Notes under the pieces: generated by a model
The model's database searches: none
The model's input: only the letters and a program-made list of their open reading frames with translations
What the model was told of the DNA's origin: nothing
Position numbers and translations under genes: made by a program
Part shown: piece after piece, positions 1-12,690 of the stretch
How positions within the stretch are numbered: position 1 is the first letter of the stretch
Layout: each line of letters starts with the position of its first letter
NCBI RefSeq assembly: GCF_036321535.1
Contig: NC_087472.1
Location: 95,048,001-95,112,000 of the forward strand
Length of the DNA: 64,000 bases
Direction: 5' to 3'
From: Camelus dromedarius
Taxonomy: Eukaryota

Positions 1-1372
1 TCATCTTTGACAAAGGAGGCAAGAATATACATTGGAATAAAGACAGTCTCTTCAGCAAATGGTGTTGGGAAAACTGGACAGCAGCATGTAAAACAATGAA
101 GCTAGAACACTCCCTTACACCATATACAAAAATCAACTCAAAATGGATTAAAGACTTAAACATAAGACAAGATACAATAAACCTCCTAGAGGAAAACATA
201 GACAAAACATTATCTGACATACATCTCAAAAATTTTCTCCTAGAAGAAATAAAAGCAAGAATAAACAAATGGGACCTAATGAAACTTACAAGCTTCTGCA
301 CAGCAAAGGAAACCAGAAGTAAAACAAGAAGACAACCTACGGAATGGGAGAAAATTTTTGCAAATGAAACCGACAAAGGCTTGATCTCCGGAATATATAA
401 GCAGCTCATACGACTCAATAAGAAAAAAATAAACAACCCAATCCAAAAATGGGCAGAAGACCTAAACAAGCAATTCTCCAAGGAAGACATACAAATGATC
501 AAAAGGCACATGAAAAAATGCTCAATATCACTAATTATCAGAGAAATGCAAATCAAAACTACAATGAGGTATCACCTCACACCAGTCAGAATGGCCGTCA
601 TTCAAAAATCCACAAATGACAAATGCTGGAGAGGCTGTGGAGAAAGGGGAACCCTCCTACACTGCTGGTGGGAATGCAGTTTGGTGCAGCCACTATGGAA
701 AACAGTGTGGAGATTCCTCAAAAGACTAGGAATAGACTTACCATTTGACCCAGGAATCCCACTCCTGGGCTTGTATCCAGAAGGAAATCTACTTCAGGAT
801 GACACCTGCACCCCAATGTTCATAGCAGCACTATTTACAATAGCCAAAACATGGAAACAGCCTAAATGTCCATCAACAGGTGACTGGATAAAGAAGAGGT
901 GGTATATTTATACAATGGAATACTACTCAGCCATAAAAACCGACAACATAATGCCATTTGCAGCAACATGGATGCTCCTGGAGAATGTCATTCTAAGTGA
1001 AGTAAGCCAGAAAGAGAAAGAAAAATACCATATGAGATCGCTCATATGTGGAATCTAAATAACAAAAACAAAAACAAACAAACAAAAACAAAGCGTAAAT
1101 ACAGGACAGAAATAGACTCACAGACAGAGAATACAGACCTGTGGTTACCGGGGGGTGGAGGGTGGGAAGGGATAGCCTGGGATTTCAAAATTGTAGAATA
1201 GATAAACAAGATTACACTGTATAGCACAGGGAAATATACACAAAATGTTATGATAACTCACAGAGAAAAAAATGTGACAATGAGTGTGTATATGTCCATG
1301 AATGACTGAAAAATTGTGCTGAACACTGGAATTTGACAGAACATTGTAAAATGATTATAAATCAATAAAAAA
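1..1372 (+). mobile_element. Young LINE-1 3' part (ORF2 C-terminus + 3'UTR), continues upstream of the window
   Basis: ORF 96..1058 is L1 ORF2 C-terminus ([40 protein letters not shown]); 3'UTR with G-rich tract and AATAAA at ~1364. Confidence 0.97.
96..1058 (+). CDS. L1 ORF2p C-terminal region (cysteine-rich/zinc-knuckle domain), frame open to the natural stop
   Basis: 320-aa uninterrupted ORF ending SLICGI*, typical L1 ORF2 motifs. Confidence 0.9.
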   Translation: MKLEHSLTPYTKINSKWIKDLNIRQDTINLLEENIDKTLSDIHLKNFLLEEIKARINKWDLMKLTSFCTAKETRSKTRRQPTEWEKIFANETDKGLISGIYKQLIRLNKKKINNPIQKWAEDLNKQFSKEDIQMIKRHMKKCSISLIIREMQIKTTMRYHLTPVRMAVIQKSTNDKCWRGCGERGTLLHCWWECSLVQPLWKTVWRFLKRLGIDLPFDPGIPLLGLYPEGNLLQDDTCTPMFIAALFTIAKTWKQPKCPSTGDWIKKRWYIYTMEYYSAIKTDNIMPFAATWMLLENVILSEVSQKEKEKYHMRSLICGI

Positions 1373-1377
1373 TGTGA

Positions 1378-1510
1378 AAGATGTATTTTGTTTAACTCAG
1401 TTTATCAAAAATACATGGAAACAATATGAAAATTATCAATGAGATATTTCACATTTTGGAGGCTACAAAGTCTTCAAAAGTCTTGTGTGTATTTTCATTT
1501 ATACCACATA
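1378..1510. mobile_element. hAT-Charlie MER33-like fragment
   Basis: aaaattatcaatgagatatttcacattt...gtgtattttca resembles the MER33 internal sequence. Confidence 0.6.
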
Positions 1511-1521
1511 AAAAAAAAAAT

Positions 1522-1623
1522 CATACCTACAAAATACCTTCACAGTGCCACCTAGATAAGTGTTTAATTAAATAACTGGGTTCTATAGCCTAGTCAAATT
1601 GACACATGAAACTAACCATCACA
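1522..1623 (-). mobile_element. MLT2 (ERVL) LTR fragment
   Basis: aaaataccttcacag..cctagat..ttgacacatgaaactaaccatcaca; homologous to 62830-62921. Confidence 0.75.
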
Positions 1624-1629
1624 ATCAGA

Positions 1630-2250
1630 TATGTATTTTCCAAGTATTTTCTCCCAGTCTGTAGCTTATCTTTATATTTCTCATAGGTTCTTTCAAAGGG
1701 AAGAATTTTTAATTAAAAATTTAATTAAAAATTAAAAATTTTAATTGTATTTTTAATCGTAATTTAATTGTGTAATTTAAAAGTCTAACTAATTTTTCTT
1801 TCATGGATTGTATGTACTTTTTGTGATGTAGTCAAGAAATCTTTGCCTCATTCAAAGTCAGTTATTTTCTCTTATGCTTGTTTCTAAGAGCCTTTTAATT
1901 TTTAGTTTTACATTTGTACCTACCATTGATTTTAAGTTAGTTTTTGTGTTTAATATGATGTAAAGTTCAAACAATTTTTTGTTTTTGCATATGGATGCCC
2001 AGTAGTTCTAACACCATTACTGAAAAGACTATGTTTTCTCCATTATATTGCCTTGCACCTTTATCAAAAATTAATTGACCATATGTGTATAGATCCACTT
2101 TTAAACTATTTTGTTTCACTGATGTTTGTGTTTGTCTTTAAAAGTTCTCATTCACTGCAGTTTTAAAGTAAATCTTACAGGGAGTGTGATTCCCCTACAT
2201 TTTTCATTTTTAAGTCATTTTGGCATTTCTACATCCTTTGCATTTTCATA
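1630..2250 (-). mobile_element. Old L1M ORF2 fragment
   Basis: tttttgcatatggatgcccagtagttctaacaccattactgaaaagact is antisense L1 ORF2. Confidence 0.7.
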
Positions 2251-4149
2251 TGCATTGTTTGTTTTCCTATCACAGTCCTGTGCTCTCCGTTGTCCAGTGT
2301 TTGAAAACTACTGTTTCATACAATTGACTTGAATTTCTAGTTCTTTCTAGGCTTTCTTCATCCCCAAATGAACACATTCCTCTCTCCACTTCCTATGGTG
2401 GTACTTAAACTAAGCTACTAGAGTTTCAGTGATTATCACACTTTTATTAAAGGATGGAAGTAAAAGAGTAATTGCAGAATGGAAGGCCAAGATGTATATA
2501 TTAGATAATAATATTCCAAAGCCTGGCATATGGAATTCCTAGCTGGCAGAGTTTCATATTTTTTCCTCGAGCCTTGGCTTCCTATGTGAGAACTCTTTTC
2601 CTAGGAATGAAGAGATAGCTCATCATTTCTCTTATATTCTCTTTAATCCACCTCCAGATTCCTTCAATAAGCTAGTCTCTCAGACACCAAAGAAAACTAA
2701 AAATATCCTTTAAAAATTCTTCAAATAAAATAACCATGTTGCATTAGTATTCAGAGCTTTATAAGCTCCCAATTGTTCTGAACTTTGCCTTTTTGGATTT
2801 TTCTTTTGCTTAATCTGACTCAAGGCCTTTATAACTGTATTTTCCTAAAGAAAAGCACTTTCTACCATCAGAAATGATACCAGGACTCCATCTTTAGCAA
2901 TACACAGAGCCTTTGTTTCTTACAGAACCTCCCAGGTCTCAGATAAATCTCTTAGACAAAATTGAAGGTCAAGGCTCCTGTGCTTCTTTCCTTAAATGTA
3001 TATGTGTGTTGGCCAGGAGTGGAGAGAAGGTTTATTTTCCTCTTGCCTGAGCAAGCACCAGGGGTAGAAGTTGTTTTTTCCACTCCCATAACATTGTATT
3101 ACATTAAGACTCCACTTAGATGGGGAAGTAAAAAGGAGAAAAGTCCTTTGTATAAACAGGGCTTTAAAATAATAGGATATCATTACACTTTTAACAACTT
3201 GCCAAATAGGTTTGCCTAAAGACTAAATCACCTATTAAACAATAGGATATTTGGTGTAACAATATAAATAGCATATACATACTATTTTCTTATTAACATA
3301 TGTTTTCTCTCCCACTGGGAGGAAAGAATAAACTCTGTGTTTGAAAATAGACCCAGCTGTCGAATAATTAACTTTAACACAATTGGAAACCAAATAAGCA
3401 TGCCGTTGTTTTATTCAAACCTTTTTGTCTTTTTTGAGATTGTTACCATTTAGTCATTAATTTCAATTTCAAGAAGCTTTTAGAGAATTATATAAAATCT
3501 TCTGTTTCTATAATTATTTTATACACAGATTTTGATCCAAAATCTCTACAAACATACTATATCCCATTCATAAAAAGATTGGTTTGCATATTTTGCAGTT
3601 TTTCTTGAACTGTAAGTATAGTGTAGCCAAAGGTCCTGTCTTCAGTCTAGAGTAGACTCTCTCTTTTGGTGATCTTATCCACTTTGGCATCAACTATGAC
3701 CTCTTCTCTAAAGATCTTGACTCAAGTTTCCAAAGGCTTATTTTGTGTTCATGCTTCCTGAACAGCATTCCTAAAGTTAAAACTTATTATTTTTCCTACT
3801 AAAGTTACTTTTCCTCTTGGCTTTCCTACATAGATAGATAAATAGATAAACAGACAGAAGAATCAGCATTTTTGCTGTTACTCAGGTTTAGAACTTTAGA
3901 ACCAGTGATTTTTTTCTTTTCCTTTGGTCCTCCCACTATTAATTATCTACTCATGTAGAATCTACTTTTCCAGCCTCTCTTCATACTACTCCCTTCTTTT
4001 CTCTCCCACTCCTCCTTGTGCTACAAGGCATTATTCTCTCCTAGATTATTTCTTAAATTCTCTACTGGTTTCTAAATCCAGTCTATATTAAATCAGCTTA
4101 GTAAACCAATAGTCTTTTGCTACAGCTCTACTATTGTTATAAACATGTT

Positions 4150-4640
4150 CAGAATTTTAAGGAACATAATGAGGAGGGAATGGGTGACATTAAAAAAGAC
4201 TCAAATTAAATTTACAGGAATAAAAATTGCAACACTTAAAACAAAAATTTCACTGGATTGGCTTACAGTATAATAAACCTACACAAGAAAATATCAATGG
4301 AGATAAAGGCATAGTATAAAAATAATCTAAAATGAAGCACAGAGAGGGGGGGGAAAGACTGAATAAATGAACAGTATACCTCAGTGAACTATCTGATATT
4401 AAATAGTGTCAAATATGTATAATTAGATTCTCAGACAAAAGAGAAGGGCAGGATAAGAGAGAAAAAAATTAAAGAAGTGATACCAAAACATTCACGGATT
4501 TAAGAAAGTATAAACAGATAGATACAAGAACTTCAATGAATCAGAAGCAGGGTGAACACACAGACATCCAGACAGACACACATACACACAGAGTTTCAGA
4601 AATGCAGTGATACAAAGGAAGTTTTAAAAATAGCCAGCAA
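4150..4640 (+). mobile_element. Old L1M ORF1-region fragment
   Basis: A-rich degenerate ORF1-like sequence (gatacaagaacttcaatgaatc). Confidence 0.55.
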
Positions 4641-5455
4641 TACCACTCCTAGGCATTTCCCCAAGACAACTAAGACAGGAAGTAATTTCAATTGTTAGGT
4701 CAAAAGGGCCTGATACTGGGCTGATGGAGGTTCACAATTTCTTGGCCTTAGGAAGTAAGAGAGAGTCTATTCTTTGAAAGATGAGACAACTGGGAAGATT
4801 ATAAGAATGTGAATCCTGTTACTGGAAAAGAGATAGAAAATAGAAATCTGCTTTCAAGGGTCAGGCAACAATCCGTACTAAAAGCAAGGTTGATTTAATG
4901 TTGAGTCACCCAAGTTATCAACCTAGGTAGAGTCCCATAAATTCTTCCCGACATAGGAGTCAAATGGGAAATTAAGTGTATTGTGTTAGGTTTTACCTAA
5001 ATTTCTCCTACCTCAAAAAGTACCTTGGAATCTAAATTGGAAAATTTAGGGGAAAGGAAAAGAAGACGTGAACAGTTGGAACCTGGATGACTATTCTGAG
5101 TTCTTTGAGGGTGAGAACAGTTTTTAAGTTATCTGGAGTCAACAGTTCTTAACATGCTGTCTGATACAGTATATATTTGAAGAGTATGACATATGTGATT
5201 ACTCACCTGGCTGCAGGGCTGATCAGAGGACCAAAGGATGTCATAGTCAATAGACCTGATGTCATTCTCCTAGGGACAGTCCTTCTATGCATTTATAGAA
5301 GTTGGTTGGATACAGAGTATTGCTATGTCTCAGGGTACCTTTTCAATATGAAGCAGAACTCTAAACCAAGTAAGTGGGGGTATCATAAAGCAGAGGCCAA
5401 TTTCCTCTCGAAATAGTTTCTTATTTTAAGAGTTCTCTTCAAAAACCACAGGAAA

Positions 5456-6052
5456 GGATAAAGATGTGGTGTGTGTGTATATATATATATAATATATATA
5501 CACATATATATATAATATATATATACATGGTGTGTATATATATTATATATATATATATAATACACACACACACACACACACAATGGATTATTACTCAACC
5601 ATAGAAAAGAATGAAATAATGCCATTTGCAGCAACATGGATGGACCTGGAGATTATTATATTAAATGAAGTCAGACAGACACAGACAAATGTTATATGAA
5701 ACTACTTATATGTAGAATCTAAAAAAAAATACAAATTTAATTTATAAACCAGAAATAGACCCATGGACATGGAAGACAAACTATGGTTACCAAAGGGAAA
5801 AGGGGCGGAGAGGAATAAATTAGGAGTTGAGGATTAACAGATACATGCTACTATATATAAAGCAGATAGACAACAAGGACAAACTGTATAGCAAAAGGAA
5901 AAGTATATTCAATTTCTTATAATAAGCTATAATGGAAAAGAATCTGAAAAAATATGTATATATGTATGTATATCTGTAACTGAACTGCTTCGCTTTATAC
6001 CTGAAACTAACATTGTAAATCAACTACACTTCATTAAAAAATAAATTTTTTA
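5456..6052 (+). mobile_element. 5'-truncated L1 3' end with internal (TG)/(TA)/(CA) expansion
   Basis: gccatttgcagcaacatggatggacctggag plus 3'UTR; TSD aaaaaYcaYaggaaa at 5441-5455 / 6053-6067 (2 mismatches). Confidence 0.9.
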
Positions 6053-7749
6053 AAAAATCATAGGAAAATGAACAAACTGGCCCCTGACACAAAACTATGA
6101 CAAACATTGGTTAAATGAACCAATAAAGTAAGATGAAAGCTTGAGAACTGGAGTTTGGTGGTTATGGTGTGTTTAAGAGTCATACCACACTGGTTTGAGG
6201 ACAGTAAAACTCACCCTAAACTTCATTTGCTTCAGAGGATTGGGGTCTTACACACTCTGGCAAGAGGGGCTCTGAACTGAGTGGATCTCCAGATTGAAGG
6301 TCTACAAACCCCGTGAGGGAAAGTGGAGACCAAGGTTTGGGTGGAATGGAACTGGACAGGATGAGTCTTGCCATGATCTAGGATAGCCAGGAAACTTGTG
6401 TGTGTGTGTATGTTTCAGATCTCACCTAAATTTTATATAATTTTTACAATTTGACCTCAGTAACTTTTGGTTTTCTTCATTAGTAAGCCACTTATTTAAT
6501 TGTGAAATGTGCTTTGGATGCCTGTCCTGTGCATAAGATATCCTTATAATCTGCCCTTAACCAGCTTCTCCCACCTCCTTTGGAAATTATGGCACTTTTG
6601 ACCAATGACTCTTCTTGATTAAATAATTTATATCTTGATATTTGCTTAAAATGACACATTGTCACTTTTCTCTCCAAAGTTTCAATAGGTGAAACTTGTT
6701 TACAACCTGATGTCCAATATGCAATTAATTGGGTTTTATTTTGGAGTCTTTGGAAGCCTCACAAGCTCAAAGGATCTCTACATCCTGTCAGTTTGTGTAT
6801 GGGGAATTTCCATGGCATGCTTGGTATTTGTTCTTTTCTATAAGTAAAACGCAACAGCTTAAGATATCTACTCTCCATTCACAGAACAGGAACTATATCC
6901 ATTCAACTTCTTTTCAACACATGATTTCTTCTAATGGATTGTAAAGTGTAGCCATATATAATTAATTCCTTTCGAAAAAACTAGTTTTTTATTTTAATAG
7001 ATTTTCAATAATTTTTAATCTTGTTATAAATTTTATTTCCTTCTTCTTTAACTATCACAAATGAAGCAGAAGATTGTCTTAATCAGTCTACATGTATCTA
7101 TACCTGTAGTGATAAGAAAAAATTCTAAAAGAGAGAATTCCAATGCCTATATTTGCCATAAGGATCGATTTATAGTCTTTTTTATTTCATGCAACTTGAT
7201 AACAGCTTTTTTTTTTTTTTTTTTTTTACTATACAGGGATATAGCTGTGGTAAGGTTTAGTCATCTTGAAGTTTTAAGAGACGTAACTGTCTTACCTTTT
7301 TGCTGGAATGTTGAAGTGATTCAGTGCTGTCTCAAGCTATATATTATTTCAACTCAGCTGTGTCTGACATTTCAGACTGATGGGTGAGAATCAGGAGTCC
7401 TATTGAGCTCAGTTCCCAACAGATATTTAAGTTTCAAGACAAGAATTCAATGTGTTTACAGGACCCAGTGCTTAACAATCGAGACATTTGTCTCTATAGG
7501 TTTAGGTCTTTATAAACTTTACCCCTGAATCCTAAAATTATTTATGCAAGCAACCAGATGTTACTCTTATTCAGATATCTTTTAAATATAATGACAACAG
7601 TAGTAGTAGTAATATTGATAATAATAAACTACCCAGGTAGAACACTTGTTTGCCAAGTCAACACACATTACATGAATTATCTTATTAAAGCCACATAATA
7701 AACTTATGAAGAGCTATTTATGATGATCTACAGTTTATTTAAAAATAAT

Positions 7750-7995
7750 AAGACCAGGGATGAAATATACAGCATGGCAACTATAGTTAACATACTGTAT
7801 TGCATATTTAAAAGTTGCTAAGGGAGTAAATCTTGAAAATTCTCATCACAAGAAAAAAAATGCTGTAACTATATATAATGGTGAGTGTAACTAGATTTAC
7901 TGTGGTAATCATTTCACAACACATCCAAATATTGAATCATGTTGTACATCTGAAACTAATATAATGTTGTATGGCAGTTATAAAAAAAACCACTT
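7750..7995 (+). mobile_element. L1MA-type 3' end inserted in a MIR
   Basis: tacagcatggcaactatagttaa...tgtacatctgaaactaatataatgttgta; MIR-like sequence on both sides. Confidence 0.8.
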
Positions 7996-8008
7996 AAAAC
8001 ACAAACTA

Positions 8009-8060
8009 AATAATAATAATGATGATGATGATAATCATCATCATCATCATCATCATCATC
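8009..8060. repeat. (AAT)n(GAT)n(CAT)n microsatellite
   Basis: Directly visible. Confidence 0.95.
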
Positions 8061-8529
8061 TACTTGAAATCCAGAGAGATGAAATAATTTCCAAGGCATA
8101 AAGCCAGTCAATGACATGATCTGAATCTTGGAGGAATATTACATGAGGTTTGATTAAAAGTATTGATTAAGAGTAAAGAAAGATGAAACTGAGCATATGT
8201 AGATATGGCCAAACTTCAGGAACACTTCAAAATTCAGAGGAAATCGTGGAATGGCTGGAAATTCCAATGGAAGAAAAGTCCAAGATGAACAAGATGCTAA
8301 AATAAATTTTTGACTATAATAATATCATTAAGAAAAAAAGGACAATTTAGAAAAATAACTACTGTGGATTTATATTTGAACTTAGAGATAGGTACAAAAC
8401 TGAAAAAAACAGAACACACACATATATGTGACTTTTTAAAGCTATATTTCTAAGGATTGATGATACCTTGAGTACATTTGCATACATTTTAGCGAGGAAG
8501 TATTGTATTGCTAATAAATGACAAAAACG

Positions 8530-8885
8530 TATGGTAGCAATTCAGTAATAAAAAGGAATAAATGGCTGATACAACAACATGGATGAATTTTTCAAAGATT
8601 ACTTTTAGCAAAAGAAGACAGTCAAATAAAAGCACTTACTGTGTGCTTCAATTTATATGACGTTCTAGAATAGGCAAACCTAATATATGGTGACAGACGT
8701 GAGAACAGTGGTTGTCTGGGGAGAGAGTGGGGATAGACTGGGAGTCACTAGAAGAATTTTTGAGATGATGAAGATGCTCTGTATCTTGATAGGAGTGTGT
8801 GTTACATTGATGTATATACATTTACCAAAATTCATTGACCTGTACATCTAACAAGTGCACATTTCTTCATATTTAAATTACTCTA
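8530..8885 (+). mobile_element. Old L1MB/L1ME 3' end
   Basis: acaacatggatgaat...ttctagaataggcaaacctaatatatggtgacaga..gaacagtggttg. Confidence 0.75.
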
Positions 8886-10734
8886 AGTGAAGTGCTTACA
8901 AGTTTCATGGAACTCTGTTTGATATTTTATATATTTTGTCATCTAATTTCAAGTCTTACAGAGAAAGGAACTATTATTTCATTTAGAAAATGAGAAAACA
9001 GAAGTTGTCACATCAGAGACAGAATTGGAATCTGGGATTAGTTCCCTGCTGAACATCTATTTTATTTTTGTCTTCTGTTAGACACCAGTTAATTGCAATT
9101 ATATTGAAGAAAGTCTTATACTATGTGAAGCTGATTTCAGAAAACAGAATATTTTTGTATCACTGTGTACTAGAATAATCAAGTAAGTTTTAATTCAAAG
9201 TTAAAATGGTGAGCACTATTAGTATAAGTGAATGAAACAATTGTTAAATTGTTATTCAGTAGGAAGAATTTTATTTACAAAAAAACCTTGGTGATTATGT
9301 TTAGTTTGTGACTCAGTACCTGGGTAAACATGTTAAAAAAGAACTGATTAGAAACAGACCCAAATCAAAGAAGATAATGTCCACTGTACTTGTATGAAGA
9401 ACAGAATGCCCAATAAAATGATGAATAATAGAAATAAACATAGTGGTGAAAATTTAAAAATATTAATATTCAGAAATTCTTAGAAATATGTTGAAAGAAC
9501 CCAGAGAAATAGAAATTGGAGCCTGACTACATAGAATGTGGCTTCAGTTACACTGTGAAGTTTAGCTTTCTGCATTATGACCCAAAGAGTTGTTTCACCT
9601 AGTGTTAAATATACAAAACAGGCAAGGAATTTTGTTATCACTTTGGAATCCTGGGTTCAACAATACTTCTTTAGAAGTGATAGTATGCTCAGGTGATAGA
9701 TGCATTTCCTACACTAGAATGTACAATGAAAGGTTTTCCAAGTATATTTGAATGTAAAACCATTTTATAGATTATCTTAATGTGGAGGCATTAGTGGAAT
9801 ATACTTTAGAAATTTAGAGGACTTGGCCGCTCTTCCTGTAATCACTCACAGTAACTAAGATAACTAAAAAGGAGGAAAGATTGTCCTAAATGAAGAAGCA
9901 TTTTTACATTTATCAAAAGAATATCTAATGAATATTTGAACCCTAGTATAAAAGACGTGTAGCAATTCATCCTCAACTGCTCTCTTTGAAGAGTGGTTTC
10001 CCACAAAAGGTAACCTTTTGTGTTTACTTTTATTTAGTACTGATTTTATACTTTCTAATAAGTAACATTAAGTTTAATTTATGAAATTTATGACAAATAA
10101 TTCAGTACAAACTCAAAATCAATAAAAGTCAAAAGATAAAAGTAGAACAGCAACCACCTGCTATGAATGAGCTCAAAGCTCATATTTCAATAAATTATGT
10201 TCTAAGATAATGAAAGTACATTAGATATGATCACAGATAATAGTAAAAATTTTTTTTTGAAAAATGAGACAATGAAAGTTATGCATGAGAGGGAAGAAGA
10301 TACATATTCTGATTTTCAGAACAGGAAGAACAGGTAGTGGGAAGCATAAAGGGGGAGACTCATTGTGAAATCTCAACATAATTGGTGCATAGATTATTAA
10401 TTAGTTCATAGCAAACAACTAGGCTAGAAAAAAAATGATAGTAAACAGCCAAATGGATTACGGAAAACCTTCTTTTTGGGTAAATTTACTAGATTGATAA
10501 CTATAGGAATATTGTAGGGGTCATATTTTCATTTCAAGAAGACTTCTATGTTCAAAATCTCTAATGAGATCCTGTGGATAAGATTTCAAATAAGGGTAGC
10601 TACTTGAATTGCTTGTCACATGAACAGTCACAATATAGATTAGTGGCTCATTGTCTGTTGGTGCATTGCGCTGTAGGACATGCTCCAGGCTTGTCTCCCT
10701 CAGACAGTCTGTTTGCAAAGGCAGAGAAACATGT

Positions 10735-11253
10735 TGATGGGACTCAGGACAAGCTACCCCCAAATATGGCACCTTGCCATACTGAATATGTTAAGCTGAA
10801 GGAGTTTGAGAAAACAGCAACAGCAGGAAGGTCGGTCTGACCTTCCCACTCCCTTCTCTCTTGAAACAGGTCATAAAACCCTGACGTGAGAGGTGCCTTC
10901 CCCTGTACCTAGACAAAAGCAGTATCCTTTCTCTCCAAAGACCAAGCGACTCTGAGAAGAATCCAAACAAACACACCATGCTGTTCATCCCCAGCTGACC
11001 ACATTCACCCCATACTCATAGACCTCTCATTTTTCTACAAGACTCTCCACTCTTCATCAAACTCAGCATAAAAATACTCAGGTTGAACCGTTTCTTTTGG
11101 TCTTCATTTCCTCATAAAGGCTCCCGTGTGATGTAAAACTTTTGTTAAGTAAATTTGTATGCTTTTCTCCTGTTCATCTGTCTCTGTCAGTTTGATTTTC
11201 AGACCCAGCCAGGGTCCCTAAAAGGCCTGAGGAAAACTTTTTCCTCCTCTGCA
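10735..11253 (+). mobile_element. Solo ERV1 LTR (MER34/MER39-like)
   Basis: TG...CA ends, exact 4-bp TSD ATGT (10731-10734 / 11254-11257), gctacccccaaatatggcacc start motif. Confidence 0.9.
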
Positions 11254-11599
11254 ATGTGAAACAACATTTAGGGAGAATAAAAGCTGAAAGTAATAATGAT
11301 ATAATTGGCAGCAGAAGCAACATTCAAAACATACCAAACATACCGGAATTATATATCAGAGCCCCCAAATGAAATTTAACTGAGATGACTGTATTGTCCT
11401 GTAATTTGGTTTTCAAGTAGTAATTAATCAACATACAAGATACCAAAAACATGGATTGACAATAGTTAAATATTCAAGGAATTTAAAGTTTCAATTCTAA
11501 AGAAGTTCAGTGTAACACAGTTAAAAAAAAATCAAACCAGAAAATAGAAGAGAAAATACACCAAAACCTAACTCAGCATATCACAGCATAAGGCTACGC

Positions 11600-11780
11600 T
11601 AGTCAAACTGTAGGCTCAGGAAAAAGTGAGCTGGTGTCTCACTATTTTATATTGGTCAGACTGGATTGTGAGTTTTGTGTTCATTTCTGGTACCATATTT
11701 TAAAAGGGTCTTTGAAAAGCTGTACTGGTAGAGAAGAGAGAGTGAAACAGTGAAAATATATGAGGATCATTTTAAAAATT
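11600..11780 (+). mobile_element. L3/CR1 fragment
   Basis: ttggtcagactgg..ttttgtgttcatttctggtaccatattttaaaagg resembles CR1 RT C-terminal region. Confidence 0.6.
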
Positions 11781-12399
11781 CAAGATAATGGATATGTAAT
11801 GAACATAAGTACAAGTTATAAAGTGCCATGAAGGGAGGGCAGAAAGAATGCCGATGATGGAAGGACTCTTCTTGTTATAACTGAAGACAAGTTGCCCTAG
11901 ATACATTGTCAAAATCACAGGGAGTCTGTTTCATACCCAATGTATGCCTTTCAGAGTACTGATTTCCACTATAGCATGCTTTGTTTTCAAATAGCTTACA
12001 GATTGTCCCATGGAAGCAAAATTGGACAAATATAACTGGTAGATAAGAGACTGGGCAAAGATACGGAAGTTTCCCATAAATAGTACCCAAATGCCTTGGT
12101 CCAGCAATTCAGCAGCTAACATTTTATCTTATGGATGTATTTTCACGAGTTGGCAATGAAAGCAGATGGTCACTTGAAAATTGTCCAACAAAATCATCAT
12201 CATCATGAAAATAAACAAAGAAAACCCTCCAACTGTTGAGTTACATCAATAGTATACATCTACATGAATGGATTACTATTCGGTAGCTAGGAAGCCTCAG
12301 TTAAAGAATGTGGAGCCCTTTGCAGAGAGAAAAGGAGACGCAAAAGGGACATAATACATTTGTCTGGAGAAAGTGCCTAAGGGGTGGGGCAGGGGCTAA

Positions 12400-12690
12400 A
12401 TAAAGTTGTTGAAAGCATAATTAAAATATGTGAGTCATGTGGAAGCAAAATAAGGCTTATTCCCTTTGGTTCCAAAGGGTCAAAGGGAATGAAGAAATGG
12501 AACATGCAGAGAAATAAATTTTGGGTGAACAGCAAAAAAATTTTCTAATCCTTAAAACTGGCCCCAAATGCTTTGCTTGCCTAAGAAAGGAATGTTCTCT
12601 CTCTGGATGTGTTTAAGCATAGACTGAATGTGCCTATTATGGAACAAATATTGTGGAGATGCTTTAAGAACTTAGCTGTGTGGTTAGGCT
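12400..12690 (+). mobile_element. L3/CR1 3' fragment
   Basis: aaaaaattttctaatc...ctctggatgtgtttaagcatagactg. Confidence 0.6.

Noticed and set aside
1704..1782. AT-only quasi-palindromic run (ttaattaaaaatt repeats)
   Set aside because: Low-complexity expansion within an old L1; no evidence of function.
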